NCBI GenBank assembly: GCA_030704615.1
Contig: CM060733.1
Location: 37,138,001 to 37,202,000 of the forward strand
Direction of reading: 5' to 3'
DNA: 64,000 nucleotides
From: Takakia lepidozioides
Taxonomy: Eukaryota > Plantae > Bryophyta
The notes below the pieces were generated by a model. It did not search any database. It worked only from the letters and a program-made list of their open reading frames with translations, and was not told the DNA's origin. The position numbers and the translations under genes were made by a program. Of this stretch, positions 13,628-24,779 are shown piece after piece; position 1 is the first letter of the stretch; the number at the start of each line of letters is the position of its first letter.

Positions 13628-16600
13628 TGGTATGTCCACGCCTAGTAAGAAGCGCTCGACCGCCGAGGCAGCATCACCTCCTCCCACTTTTGCACATTCC
13701 AGCCCCGCGGTGCGAAGGAGCCCCTGCCTGGCTCGACTGAATCCGCAAAAGATGGCCTCGGTGCGAGAGGGAAGGCGACACGGTGGGTGGTCTTCGAGTT
13801 CAGATTCTGACACAAGCGAGTATAGCATGGGCGACGACGATGACGTGGAGGAGAGTTCGGCGGAAACTGCACCTCCATCTGCAGAGTCTCTCCAAAAGGT
13901 GCGCAAGTGAGTGCTACTAGAGAAAATGTGTAATGAAAATGAAGTTAGGCAGAAAACATCCTTGAACATGTTTTCAATTTGTGACATGGGGGAGGACATC
14001 GTGGAAAAACCGAAGGGTCTACCACTGTGTGCAGAGGGACTAATTTTAAGGTCAAGGAAATGTTGCTTTGTCACGTCATTGCACCTATGTTGGAGTACGC
14101 ATTTGCTATATGCGTTGATAACTCCAACAAGGCTAGGTCTGCAGTATCCTTCCAAGTGGGGGTGCTTAAGGAGTGGATGTCCGCATGCTCCAAAATAGCC
14201 AATGTGGCTGTTCATGGTGAGTTTGGCATCCCTTCCTTAACCGGAAGTGGTGGGAATAGCTGGTGAGATGGTGGAGTCTATTGCAACACATGTCTTTACA
14301 CCAGATATCGTAAGTTAATCGACTCTATATCTTGGAAATAGGACCGCCCAGCCAAACAGGCCAAGTCCTGCCAGATGAGACTAGACAAGACTCTCAAGGA
14401 TCTAAATGTCGACCGTCAAGTCTTGACCTTGCTGGAACCATGTGACTTAGAGACTGTAGTGTCCAAAGCCATGTGTGCTGCCACAAAATTGTGTAATTAC
14501 AAAGAAGTTAGGCATAAAACATCCATGAACCTGTTTCTAGATTGTGACATGGGGGAGGACATCCTGGATGACCTGAAGGGTCTACCCACTGTGTGCACCA
14601 GACTGAAATAGTGGATTTGGTGAGGAAGCCTACCTTTGGATAGCAAACAGAAGCTGAGAGGGATGAGAGAGTGCTATTGCCCGTTCTGTGGGCTCCACAA
14701 ACACAATATTCATTGTCTGATTCATTGCCCGGGGTGCTATCACCAGACAGACCACCGGATATCCAAGCTATCAATTGAATTGTGTCTGCACCTGTGTTTA
14801 CCAACATTGAGAGTCTTTAGGCCTTTTGGGGCTCCGTTGTTGGGCAAGCACATACAGCCAGCACATGATTGTGTGAATAGATATCCACTGGATATGTGGA
14901 AAACCCGGATGGATGTTCTGTTTCCTGATAAGTTTCATGTGGTACTGATGTGAACCCGCCCACATTCTGCTTCTTCACCAATGAATGGCCTTACATGTTA
15001 TGAGGACATTTTGTCCCTCTCCTTTTCATTTTTTGGCACTTGCGCTGCAGGGGAGTGGGTTTGAGGTCTGTTGTTTATGGTTGTGGTTGTGGGATGGTTT
15101 GTGCTTTGGTGACGTTGTATTCAGTAGGACTACAGCTGATGCACCTTGTGTGTGGGATGTTTTTGGCAGCGGAAGGGGAGTGAAGCTGCAACAAAGCACT
15201 CACAGCCACCATACAATGCCAACCAACACCAACCTTGGCACCCACCCCCTGCCGGATGGTCTCCACAACAGAGTGCATCATGGGGAGCCCCCCCTGCTTT
15301 GGGGTCGTGGCGCTGGCTTCCTGATGCTGGCACGTCACAATGGGGGCCTCCCACATCTCCATACGGCCCTCCCCCCTCCGGCACACATCAGTTACCCCCC
15401 ACAACGTATGATGGCGCTGCTCCAAAGCATGGGGGCAGGAAACGGTCATCAGAGCTGAGGAAGGAACGACGCCATGCCATGAAACAATGGGAAGGAGATA
15501 GAGAGGGAAGGGTGGCTGCAGGGCTAAAGCGCCACAAGGTGGAGGTGCATGGAAATGGAGTCATCAATGTTGGCTGCGAAGGTAAGGAACACTGGCAGCG
15601 TGATTTGCGTGGCCTGGCATTGCGTTACCTTGACTCAAGCATACAAGACATTGACCAGCAGTCCCAGAGTGCCATGTCAACAGTAATAGAGGGCATAAAT
15701 GGAATGTACGAGTACACACCTATCCCTGCCAATCGTGATTTTATAGTCAAGCAATGTGGGAAGATAATAAAAGGAGAAAGAGCAAAACTGAAAGATAAAT
15801 GGGCGAAGACTGGTGTGAGGCCAATGAACACTGAACCCGCCTATTGGGATAAGCTTGTTGCCTACTGGGAGTCCCCTCGTGGACTTGCAAAGGCCGAAGG
15901 GATGAAGCAAGCGCGTGCTTGTGTCACGAACCCCTCGCGTTGGGGCCGGGCAGGAGTTGTAGGCCAAGCAGCCCGTTTGGTAATCTCCCACACCCCCTTC
16001 TCATTGCTCTTACGTTGTGGCATGTTGTGATGGAAGAGACACCCACGAGTGGGTTTTATTCCTTGTGCATAATTAGTTGTTATTTGATATGCAGGGCAGT
16101 GCTTTGTCCATATGCTCCTGGCATTTTGTACTGACAGTGTGTGGATAGGCAAATACAGAAAAGACGCAAAGCGCGGAGCCCGTCACTGTCCGAGCTCGGG
16201 GCGGAGCAAAAGAACGCTGCGATTGGCACCCCATCAGAGTCTGTTTTGAGCCAGGTATGTTTTGAAGTCCGGTTTCCATTCATGATCTGTTGTTGTACTA
16301 AGATTTGGTGGGTATATGGGGCCCCCACGCATGGTACACAAGGGGTGTTATGCCAAACCCAGCCATCTCCGAATGCCTGAAATCCTGCACATTCGGCCTC
16401 TTCTTCTGGTTTTTAACAGTACGGGTGGGTGTTTGAATGCGTAGGGAGCGGGGAACTCAATGGCAGCCCACATCGGGGCCCTGGAGAGGCTTGCGGCTCT
16501 CTCTGCGGAGCGGGAGAGGGGAATGGAAGCACAACAGAAGAAGATAGTGGAACTCATGATGGGGCAAAAAAAGGGTGTGACGGGTGGCATTATAGAAGAC

Positions 16601-18633
16601 CCCCCTGCTGCGACCATTGTACCTGACAAAGAGGAAATAATTGTAGTGGGTAGGGATGTGACCGAGGTCCAGCCTGTTGTTGATGATATTCACAGTGGGG
16701 GGCAGGGTCCACTCGTTGAAGAGGGAGAGGTCCAGCAAGTTGGTGGGGATGACATGGACGATGGGGGGGTCATTGCTGATGATGGGGGAAAAGGGGAAGC
16801 TGTAGGGGGAGAGGGTGGTAGTTTGCCCGGTCCAGGCTGCAGGGGGACCAAAACTTTGCCCTCCGGGGTGACTGTTGTCTCCCAACCCACTGAGGTGAGA
16901 CCCCGTGACACCCCTTCAAAAGCTCTTTTCATTGAAAAGTCGAAACTAATTGTTCTAGACCTGAACGGGATCATGTGCCACTCTATTCCTAACTTTCAGC
17001 CCAACCCGAGGCGTCATTGGCCATGGGTGTTGACCACCAACAAGTATGTTTTCCCAAGGCCCCAGGTCTGCGAGTTTTTAAACCTTCTCTTCCGGTATTT
17101 CTACGTTGGGATATGGTCATGTGCTTCCAATGGGAATGTTGCAGACATCTTGAAAGTGGTGATGCAGGGGGTCAAGGGTTCTCCCCTCTTTGTGTGGTCA
17201 CAAGTAGTGTGACCCCTTGACAGAGCCACACCCCACAAAAGGGCCTGCCGTACAGAACTTACAGAAGAGACTGTCGAGGGTGTGGTCGCAATTTTTTGGA
17301 TTTAACGAATCCAACACCCTCTTAGTGGATGATTCACCACACAAGGGGAGGGGGAACTCCCCTTTGAACATGGTCCATCCATTTGTCGTTTGATGTCACT
17401 GGCAATGCCAGTGAAGGGCCCGATTCAAACTACCTTTTAGAAACACTCTGGCCCTACTGCCAAGATTTGTTTTGCTCCAAGGATGTGCGTGTCTTCACAA
17501 GCACGCGGAAGCTGACCCCGACTGACAGCTTGAATGTGGGAGAGGATGGGGTCGTTGGGGGAAGTGCTTCTGCGCCTATGCAAGTGAAACTAACCTTACT
17601 GTTTGCAACATGACATCAAAGCCAAAAGAGATGTTTGTTTTGTTCCCCCCGGATGCCCTCTCACGCAAGGCTGGCACTATGTGTTTTGCAGGGACCACAG
17701 GGAGTGGCACTGGGGTCGAATGTGAAGAAGGTGGGTCCTGCGCCAAGGACCATAGTGCTACGGCGCCAGCATTCCGGATCTGCCCCCCGGCATGAGGAGG
17801 CAGCGCCCAAGGTATGGTTGTTCCCAGCCCTTCTCCGCAAACTTACTTGGTTGGTTTCCTTTATGGATACACTTCCTGAAGTGTTGCAATGTGTATTCAT
17901 TGCAGGTGAGCAAGAGGAGTGGGCTGTCCCCGGCACCATCATCGCAGCAGGACGTGGTTCCCCAGGCATGCATTCATGGCTCCTTGCTTTGTCTGGTTTC
18001 TAGTAGGGTTATTTTTGCCAGGAAGTTGTAGTGTGCAAGGTCTGAGCAGGGTGTTTGTTAGCTTGCTCCGTGGAGGTGTGTTTATACCATTGCAGCCACC
18101 AGAGTTCATGTTATTCTTATCCGTCTGACTAAACCTCTTTTTGCTGCTGCAGTTGAAGACACGTGGGCAGCTTTCCTCAGTTGCCACCCTCAGCGACGAG
18201 CCTCACTTCAAGGTACGTTGGTACACCGTGAATTTGCTGCTGATTCAGTATCGTGGCAACCAAGATCGTTTCCATGCCCAGCTGCGCTTGACTTTCACCC
18301 TGTCATTGCTATGTTTGTTGCTGAGTGGACCCTGATGTTGGTGTCTGCAGATATCAGATCTTGTGTTTCTCCTGAACCCCAATGACAAGCGGTCAAAGAC
18401 AGCCGCCGCAAAGGCGGAAGTGGTGGGAATAGCCGGGGTTGACAAGTTCCACTGCAAGGACATTCGTTCCGGGTGGTACAAGGTGAAAGTCCACGAGATC
18501 ATGCTTCCAAGTGTTACATTGCCTTGCCCAAATGTGGACGATGCCCCCCCCCCCAGACCACACTAGCGCACGTAAAAGGCACGGTGACTCTGTGGCCAGA
18601 GAAGAGTATGAGGAAAGGTGAAAGTATCAAGTG
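13628..18633 (+). pseudogene. CACTA accessory gene (TnpA-like), multi-exon, with an embedded FCP1/NIF-like HAD domain and a C-terminal Tnp1-like domain
   Basis: 15146-15980 encodes YWDKLVAYWESPRGLAKAEGMKQAR..SRWGR (TnpA/Ptta-like). A coiled/acidic segment spans 16460-16900, the NIF-like domain 16930-17500, and the last exon 18351-18633 reads VFLLNP..AEVVG..GWYKVKVHEIMLPSVTLP..VTLWP. Exon boundaries are approximate and the 13628 start is tentative. Confidence 0.65.
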
Positions 18634-19762
18634 AGATTTCATGTTTGTAGTCCCTGTTGGGTGTGTAATGATACTCATAGAAGTGTGTATGATACTCACA
18701 TTACTAGTTTTGAACATTTGGGCCATGACAGTTTATGTGATGTCCGGCAACCATGTATGTTGGCATTTTGTCTTGCTCATACGCAGGTGTGCCGTGACGG
18801 TCTCTTATTTGAATGTAATATCACATTTTCCTGAATTGTCGTCGTGTCCGTCCACCTTCTATGTGTATGTGTGATGGTCTTTGGTCTCCCTGGACCACGT
18901 CTATTTGGTTCATTAGCGTGATGTTGTGCATGCATCGTGGTCTGTGTTCTGAGTCTCGCCCAGTATCATTGCTTCTCAATTCCCCCTGCATATGGGTGAA
19001 CCACTAAAACCACTAGAATGCATCAGAACCATACTTTCAGCTTAGAATGCAGGTCATTTGGACAACTCACACAAACCACTACAAGTGCTCGTTTGCAGTG
19101 CTTTCCTACTGTAGTACAACCAACTAGCACAGTGGCAGCGGAGTTGGTCAAAACAGTCCCGAGAGGGCACAAGCACTCTGCGTCTTTCCACTAGCAGTCG
19201 TACCCCTCACTGCCATTACATGGGGACAACGTCACGCGTCGACCCACACACTCTCCACGTGGTCCCCGTGGATTCGTCTGCCGGCAGTTGTGTGGTCGAC
19301 TTCGCCAGTCACTGTTGCCACGTGACATGCAGCACTCCAAGTTATGTGGCCGACTGCGATGTGGCGTCTTGGGTCCGTGGCCACGCGGCAGCATTGCCGC
19401 TCGTCACGGCGCCGCCACATCGGCGTCCACGTCCGCATCCACATCCGCGTCCATGTGTCACCGCGCCTCGGGTGAGTTAGTCCACTCATCCGTAGGGAGA
19501 AGTCAAAGTCAGCCCAAAAGGTCAGACACACGGGCGGCCGGCCTGGTTACGCCATGTGGTTCTTCAGTATTAATAGCATTAATTGCTGAGCAGTTGTTCG
19601 CGCGTCTGCATCCTTTACCACTCCAATCATTGGATGTCCAACCCAACTACCACGTCTGTTGTAACTAGTCGTTTGTAACTTCTAGTCGATCCCATTTTTT
19701 TGACTTTTACGACTCAAAATGAGTCATTACCCCAGTGGTAAATGACACAAATGCTTCTAGTG

Positions 19763-20109
19763 TGTGGAGTGCGATGATTGCAGGATATGCACAGCAATGG
19801 CGCGGGATGGAGGCTTTGGAGACCTATGAGCAAATGATGTGCCCGCACTTTGCATTGCATGATGTTGAGGAAGAGCTTAAAGAATCGTCTCTTTGCCACC
19901 ACAATGAGAAGCTGGCCATTGTTTTTGGGCTTATCAACACACCCTCTGGGATGTCTTTAGGGATCATCAAGAATCTTCGGATGTGTGGTGATTGCCACAC
20001 AGCCACCAAATTCATCTCAAAGATAGCTAAGCAAGAGATTGTTGTACAGGATGCAAACCGCTTTCACCACTTCCAAAATGGTGTTTGTTCTTATGGGCAG
20101 TATTGGTGA
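19763..20109 (+). pseudogene. 3' end of the PPR gene: last PPR motif joined to a truncated DYW deaminase domain
   Basis: [74 protein letters not shown]. HxE and CxxC are present; E1/E2 and the PG box are deleted; the terminal CSCxDYW is degenerate. Confidence 0.95.
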
Positions 20110-20807
20110 AATGAAATGCTTGTCATCTAATTGAATGTATTGAACTCTGTCAAGTGCGAGTCAGGTTGGACTCCAACAGTGGCAGCAAAGGCGAACGAAA
20201 TCTCTTTTTGGAGAGGAATTCTCAGCAGTAGGTTTTGAACATAATTGGACCTTGCGAAGGTTGAAACTGTAGAACAAGTTCAGAAATTGTCATAGTTGAT
20301 GAACAGAGATGCAGTGACTAGGTCTTGGTCTTCAAGAGGGTCACTCTTTGATGAAATACCCAGGACTGCATATCAGAAAATAGAAACTTTCTTCAGGCCT
20401 CTTGCACATAGGGCATTGACAATGTCCCTTTCCTCTCGGCATTTGATTATTGTTCAAAGTGAGATTCCACAACAAGTTTTATCGAGGGCAAACAATTTTT
20501 TAATTAATTAATTATATTTTATTCTATTTTTAAATGAATAAACTTGATATAATATTAAAACATACATATACATATTTGAGGGTATTTTTTTAATTATTGA
20601 AAAGGGAAATATACATACAGAAGGGGGTATTTTTTAAAAATTAAAAATTTCTATATATTTAGAGGAGGGGGTATTATAATCTTCAAAATGTATGTACAGA
20701 GGGGGTAAAAATGATCTAAGGACCCGTATACAGGGGGTTATTTTATTAGGCGGCGAACGCACGTGATACAGACATTTTATAAAGAGTGCACCCCCCAGGG
20801 GTTATGG

Positions 20808-22200
20808 TGGGGTTTGGCAATGAGACACAACGAAGTGGGGCTCCTAGCCAATAACAACCAACTCCCCAACGTGCTCAAGGCAACAAGGAGACTCAGACAA
20901 AGCCCAGAGAAGGTCATGAGAGATGATCTCAGATGCAAAGGTCTCTTCCTTCATTCTCAGGCCAGCAACAGACGAGTGTGTCATGTTGGGATTGTGGAGG
21001 ACTTCATGTCAAGAAGAATTGCCCGGAGAGAGGCAAAGGGCCGACACAGGCACAGTCTACACAATTACAGTGTGGACATTGTGGCAAGTACGGGCATGAG
21101 GAGGCCCATTGTTATGACCTGCATCCTGAGCTACGACCAGGCCAAGTTCCAAGGGAACAATGGTGGCCGAGGACGAGGCGTTGTAGTCCAGAGAGGTAGA
21201 GGAGGCAGAGGTCGTGGTGGAGGTCGTAACCAACACCAAGGAGCACAGGGTCAGGGTCAAGATCATGACCAAGGCATGTGGATAGATTTGCCCAGCTAGA
21301 GCAATGTCTTGCTACCATGGCTACTACTCATGTTGCGCAAGTTCCAAGGCCTGAGGTTCAAGCTCCACCTGCACAACCTCATGTGCCTATGGAAGACCAA
21401 ATTGGTATGGGCTTCATGTGTGGAGCCGCACTTACAGGGCCATTGTATGTACTAGACTCTGCTGCTGCTGTCACTTGAGCAGCAACGCGTGAGCCAAGAG
21501 GAGCGGATGTGGATTTTGATCCACAAAGGGGGAAAGCAAGTCGTCAGACAAAGCTTCCACAGTCTTTTACATTGGCTGAAACAGTGTCATCTACGTCGTC
21601 AATGACACCCGCTTGCCTAAGTGTGTCAGAGGTAGAGCCACGAGTGTTATTGGGGATAGATGGTGTGGCTCAGGAAATGCTAGTGGGTGGTGCTCCAAAG
21701 CAAGGTGCAGCCAGTACATTGTTGGGGGCAGCTACGGCGGTTTGCCAAGCTCCATTGTTTTTTGCAATGACCATTGCAATGCCACGGATTCGGCCAGCTG
21801 CTGTGTTTAGACTAGCAGCTAGACTTTTTGAGAGTGGTGATGCAATATCAACACTATCTGCAGGGATAACAGATAAGGTGCAGTCTATGGATGCCTTGGA
21901 TTCGAGGGTGAAGTCGGCCACAATTAAGCCATGGTAAGCGGCCGCTACACGGTTGCAGGAGTTGCCAGCTAGGCCAGCCATTGAGCGCAGCATGGTGACT
22001 CCTGAGATAGTCCTGGTGGACAATCAAGATGGAGTGTTTCAGTTGGGTGGCCCAACCGGGAGGATGTGTAGGCCACTGCGAGTCTTGCTGGACTCGAGAG
22101 CTCAACCATTGATGTTGGGGAGAGCGGCAATTGCAGGCTTGGGCCCTACAGAGGCAGATTTGGAGCCTTGCTGGCAGGGTGCTGCATACAATACCCGTAC
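20808..22200 (+). pseudogene. gag C-terminus (two CCHC zinc knuckles, RG-rich tract) and aspartic protease of the gypsy element
   Basis: CWDCGGLHVKKNC and CGHCGKYGHEEAHC; RVLLDSRAQPLMLG is a degenerate DSG protease motif. Confidence 0.85.
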
Positions 22201-22409
22201 ACGAAGCAGTGGACACAGTGGAGGTACCCAGAGCTCACTATGGGATACAGTTGGGAATTTGCATCGAGTAGCAGACGAGTGTGTGCAACAAGCATGATAT
22301 GAGGCCTTTCCATTGGTGGGTGAGGGGAATTCAGTGACATCACCTGGACCTCCTCAGTTAGCTCCATTGGATACAGTGCCGATTATCTGACAACCACCTG
22401 ACTCAAAGA

Positions 22410-23335
22410 TTTGTTTGCTAGACCTGTATGGAGACATGAGCACTGGGCTTGTAGGAGTGTTGCAAGCTGGGATTAAAATACGAAAGTACTTGTATGTGGA
22501 GAATGATGAGATAGCTCGGCATATTTCTATGCGCCACGTTGCCTTGCTCACACACCAGTACCTGAGTTGCTGCCTCTCTCAGCCATTCAAAGATACCAAA
22601 AGGCCATACTAGCAAACATTACCATGCTAGGGACGGAGGATTTGGACCAGCATGGTCCCATTGACTTGGTGATAGCAGGGTGGCATTACCAAGGACATTC
22701 TCCCGCAGGTCATGGTAATGGTTTGCATGATGCAAGGTCGCATCTATTTTGGGAGATGTTGCGAGTGTTGCATGACTTGCAAGTGAGGCAAGTGCAACCT
22801 CTAGCTTACATTCTGGAGAATGTTCCTCTCATGGGGGATTCTCGGGCCAAGGTTATGGCTAATATGCATCAGGTGCGGTCTTGGATTTGACAAGCTGTAT
22901 TATTGGATGCAGCTGTAGTGGGGTCACGGGCTCATAGGCCTAGGTTGTGGTGGACCAACCTAGCACCACCAGAGTTGCTCAAGAGAGCATATGATTCCAT
23001 TCAACGACCACCCGATCTCATGGTTGATGGCATTTTGGACCAAGGGAGGCAGCCACATGGGGTGCGACATGATGACCATCCACCTTTGGCGGTGGTTAAT
23101 TGAGTGGGACAGCCACGTATGGCCTTGCCTACACTTGTGAGCTTTCCCTCGTCTCATGCTTTTCGAGACAATGGTCCAGGGTTGATTTGGGACAGTGCGC
23201 TACAACAATTGATAGAGCCCAATGTGGATGAGAGAGAGCGGGCAATGGGGTTTGCCACAGGCACTACAGCTTCTGTCAGAGACATCACGTCGACAGATGT
23301 TGGGTCAAGCAATGGATCTAAATTGCTTGACATAG
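22410..23335 (+). pseudogene. DNMT3-like C5-cytosine DNA methyltransferase domain inside the retrotransposon pol region
   Basis: Motif I LDLYGDMSTG; motif II YVENDEIA; motif IV GPIDLVIAGWHYQGHS (expected GWPCQG); LFWEMLRVL; motif VI ILENV; motif VIII AHRPRLWWTNL (DNMT3 AHRARYFWGNL); motif IX ERERAMGF; motif X QMLGQAMD. Motifs are in canonical order, with several stops and frameshifts. Confidence 0.9.
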
Positions 23336-23468
23336 GTCATTAGCTTGTGCATGGTTGAGCAACGGAGGTTGCAGACAGTGGCGGCTACTTCTGCACTCCC
23401 ATTGGATAGTGCATCCTCCCTGCCAACCGAGACGGTTGAGGCAGTGAGTGGGGGCGAACACAAGATCA

Positions 23469-23641
23469 AAGTATGACGTCTCTTGAAGGGAGCGTAACTT
23501 ATAGAGTCACTTCACCCCGAAGGGCTACTGCCTTCCACTAGGAAGGTAAACACCTTCATGACACACCAGACCGTGGTTTGAACCCACAACCACATCCAAC
23601 ATGGTATGTGCCCATTACCACTGGGCTACATGCTGATTGTC
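23469..23641 (-). mobile_element. tRNA-derived SINE
   Basis: Minus strand carries box A TAGCCCAGTGG and box B GGTTCAAACC. 12-bp TSD AACACA(A/G)GATCA at 23457-23468 and 23642-23653. Confidence 0.75.
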
Positions 23642-24089
23642 AACACAGGATCATGGGGTACAAACACCCATGACAGATGTGGGATGAGATGCGGAAAAAA
23701 AAAGTTATGTTGGATCTCTCAATGAGCAATATGAGGCGTGGGGAGAGCCATACACGGAGGATCAGTTGGAGGCCAAGGTGGCCAAGGCTCTTGAAGAGGT
23801 TGAGGATGTTTCTTTTGTGGAGGATGTTCTCAAGGTGGCATGGCGGAGTAAGTGGAGGCTACGCCACAGTCAGGGTGGGCGGATAAGGCCCAAGAGGTTT
23901 CTATCTAGCAACCAAAGGATGCGTCTCCTACCTCAAAGCCTGGTGTACCCAAGGTTGCAGTCACTGAGGACAATTGGGAACCAGCTCAGTAACATTGATG
24001 GCCCCGATATCTTCGGCAATGTTGATGGGCTGGTCAACAGTTCTTTTTGGTCATCCTAGGAGAACCAATGTAGTATGGAACAAGCAAAG

Positions 24090-24430
24090 CGATGGGCATG
24101 AGAGCTTTTGTGGTCATACGTCGGTAAACTGTGAGGGGATGCATATGTTTGAACAATGATGCCGAGACAAAGTATAGTTCCTATGAAGGGGAGTGTCTAG
24201 TTGCAGTATGGGTAGTGACACATTTTAGATGCTACCTCTATCACAATCTCTTCACCCTTGTCACGGATCACCAACCATTGAAGTGGTTGATAAAGTCGGA
24301 CAAGCTTACAGGGAAGCTTGCACCGTGGGCACTTATGCTTCAAGAATATGACTTCCAGGTGGTGCATCGAGCCGGTGTAGTCAATCAGGATGCAGATGGG
24401 TTGAGTCGTAATCTATGCACGAGCGAACAT
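24090..24430 (+). pseudogene. gypsy RNase H domain
   Basis: AETKYSSYEGECL..W..THFRCYL...FTLVTDHQPLKWL..KLAPWAL.LQEYDFQVVHRAG..N.DADGLSR. Confidence 0.93.
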
Positions 24431-24779
24431 GATAATACTGGAGCTCGGTGGCATGGTGAGACAGATGAGGAGATGGTGCCAAGATGACATGCATGTCTGC
24501 CTTTTTATGCATTCTAGCAATGGGAGCTCAAGCTGGTCCATCCCATGTGATTGGTCATGGAGATAGTGTGCATGACTATCCAAAGATCAATGATGAGCTT
24601 GGTGGTGCTAAGGATGTGCATGAAGATGCAGCAGTGTTGGCCTACCTTCGTACCGGAGAGACAGCAGCCAGTGTGACTGCTAAGGAGAGAGATCGGATCC
24701 TACAAGGGGCCAAGAGGTTTAAGTGGGAGAGGACTTACTTGCTGCGAGTATGGGAGGATGGATGAGTGAGGATTGTGTC

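Larger units (their letters stand above)
6840..19762. mobile_element. Full-length CACTA (En/Spm) DNA transposon, 12.9 kb
   Basis: TIRs CACTAGAAGCATTCGTG and CACAAATGCTTCTAGTG (1 mismatch in 17); 3-bp TSD TGT; CGACT/GAGTC subterminal repeats. Removal restores the PPR motif [18 protein letters not shown] transposase gene lies inside. Confidence 0.97.
2251..20799. mobile_element. Non-autonomous TIR DNA transposon (Pack-type; superfamily unresolved) carrying a PDF-PPR-DYW gene relic
   Basis: Imperfect ~40-bp TIRs: CCTAGGGGGTGCACTC...CACGTGCGT at the left end and CCTGGGGGGTGCACTC...CACGTGCGT as the reverse complement of the right end. Perfect 8-bp TSD GGTTATGG at 2243-2250 and 20800-20807. TACAGAGGGGG-like subterminal repeats occur at both ends. 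Excision restores the gag frame. Confidence 0.9.

Noticed and set aside
22410-23335. Host DNMT3 gene or bacterial restriction-modification methylase contamination
   Set aside because: Apparently intronless, collinear with gypsy pol domains and decayed like the rest of the element; no bacterial context.
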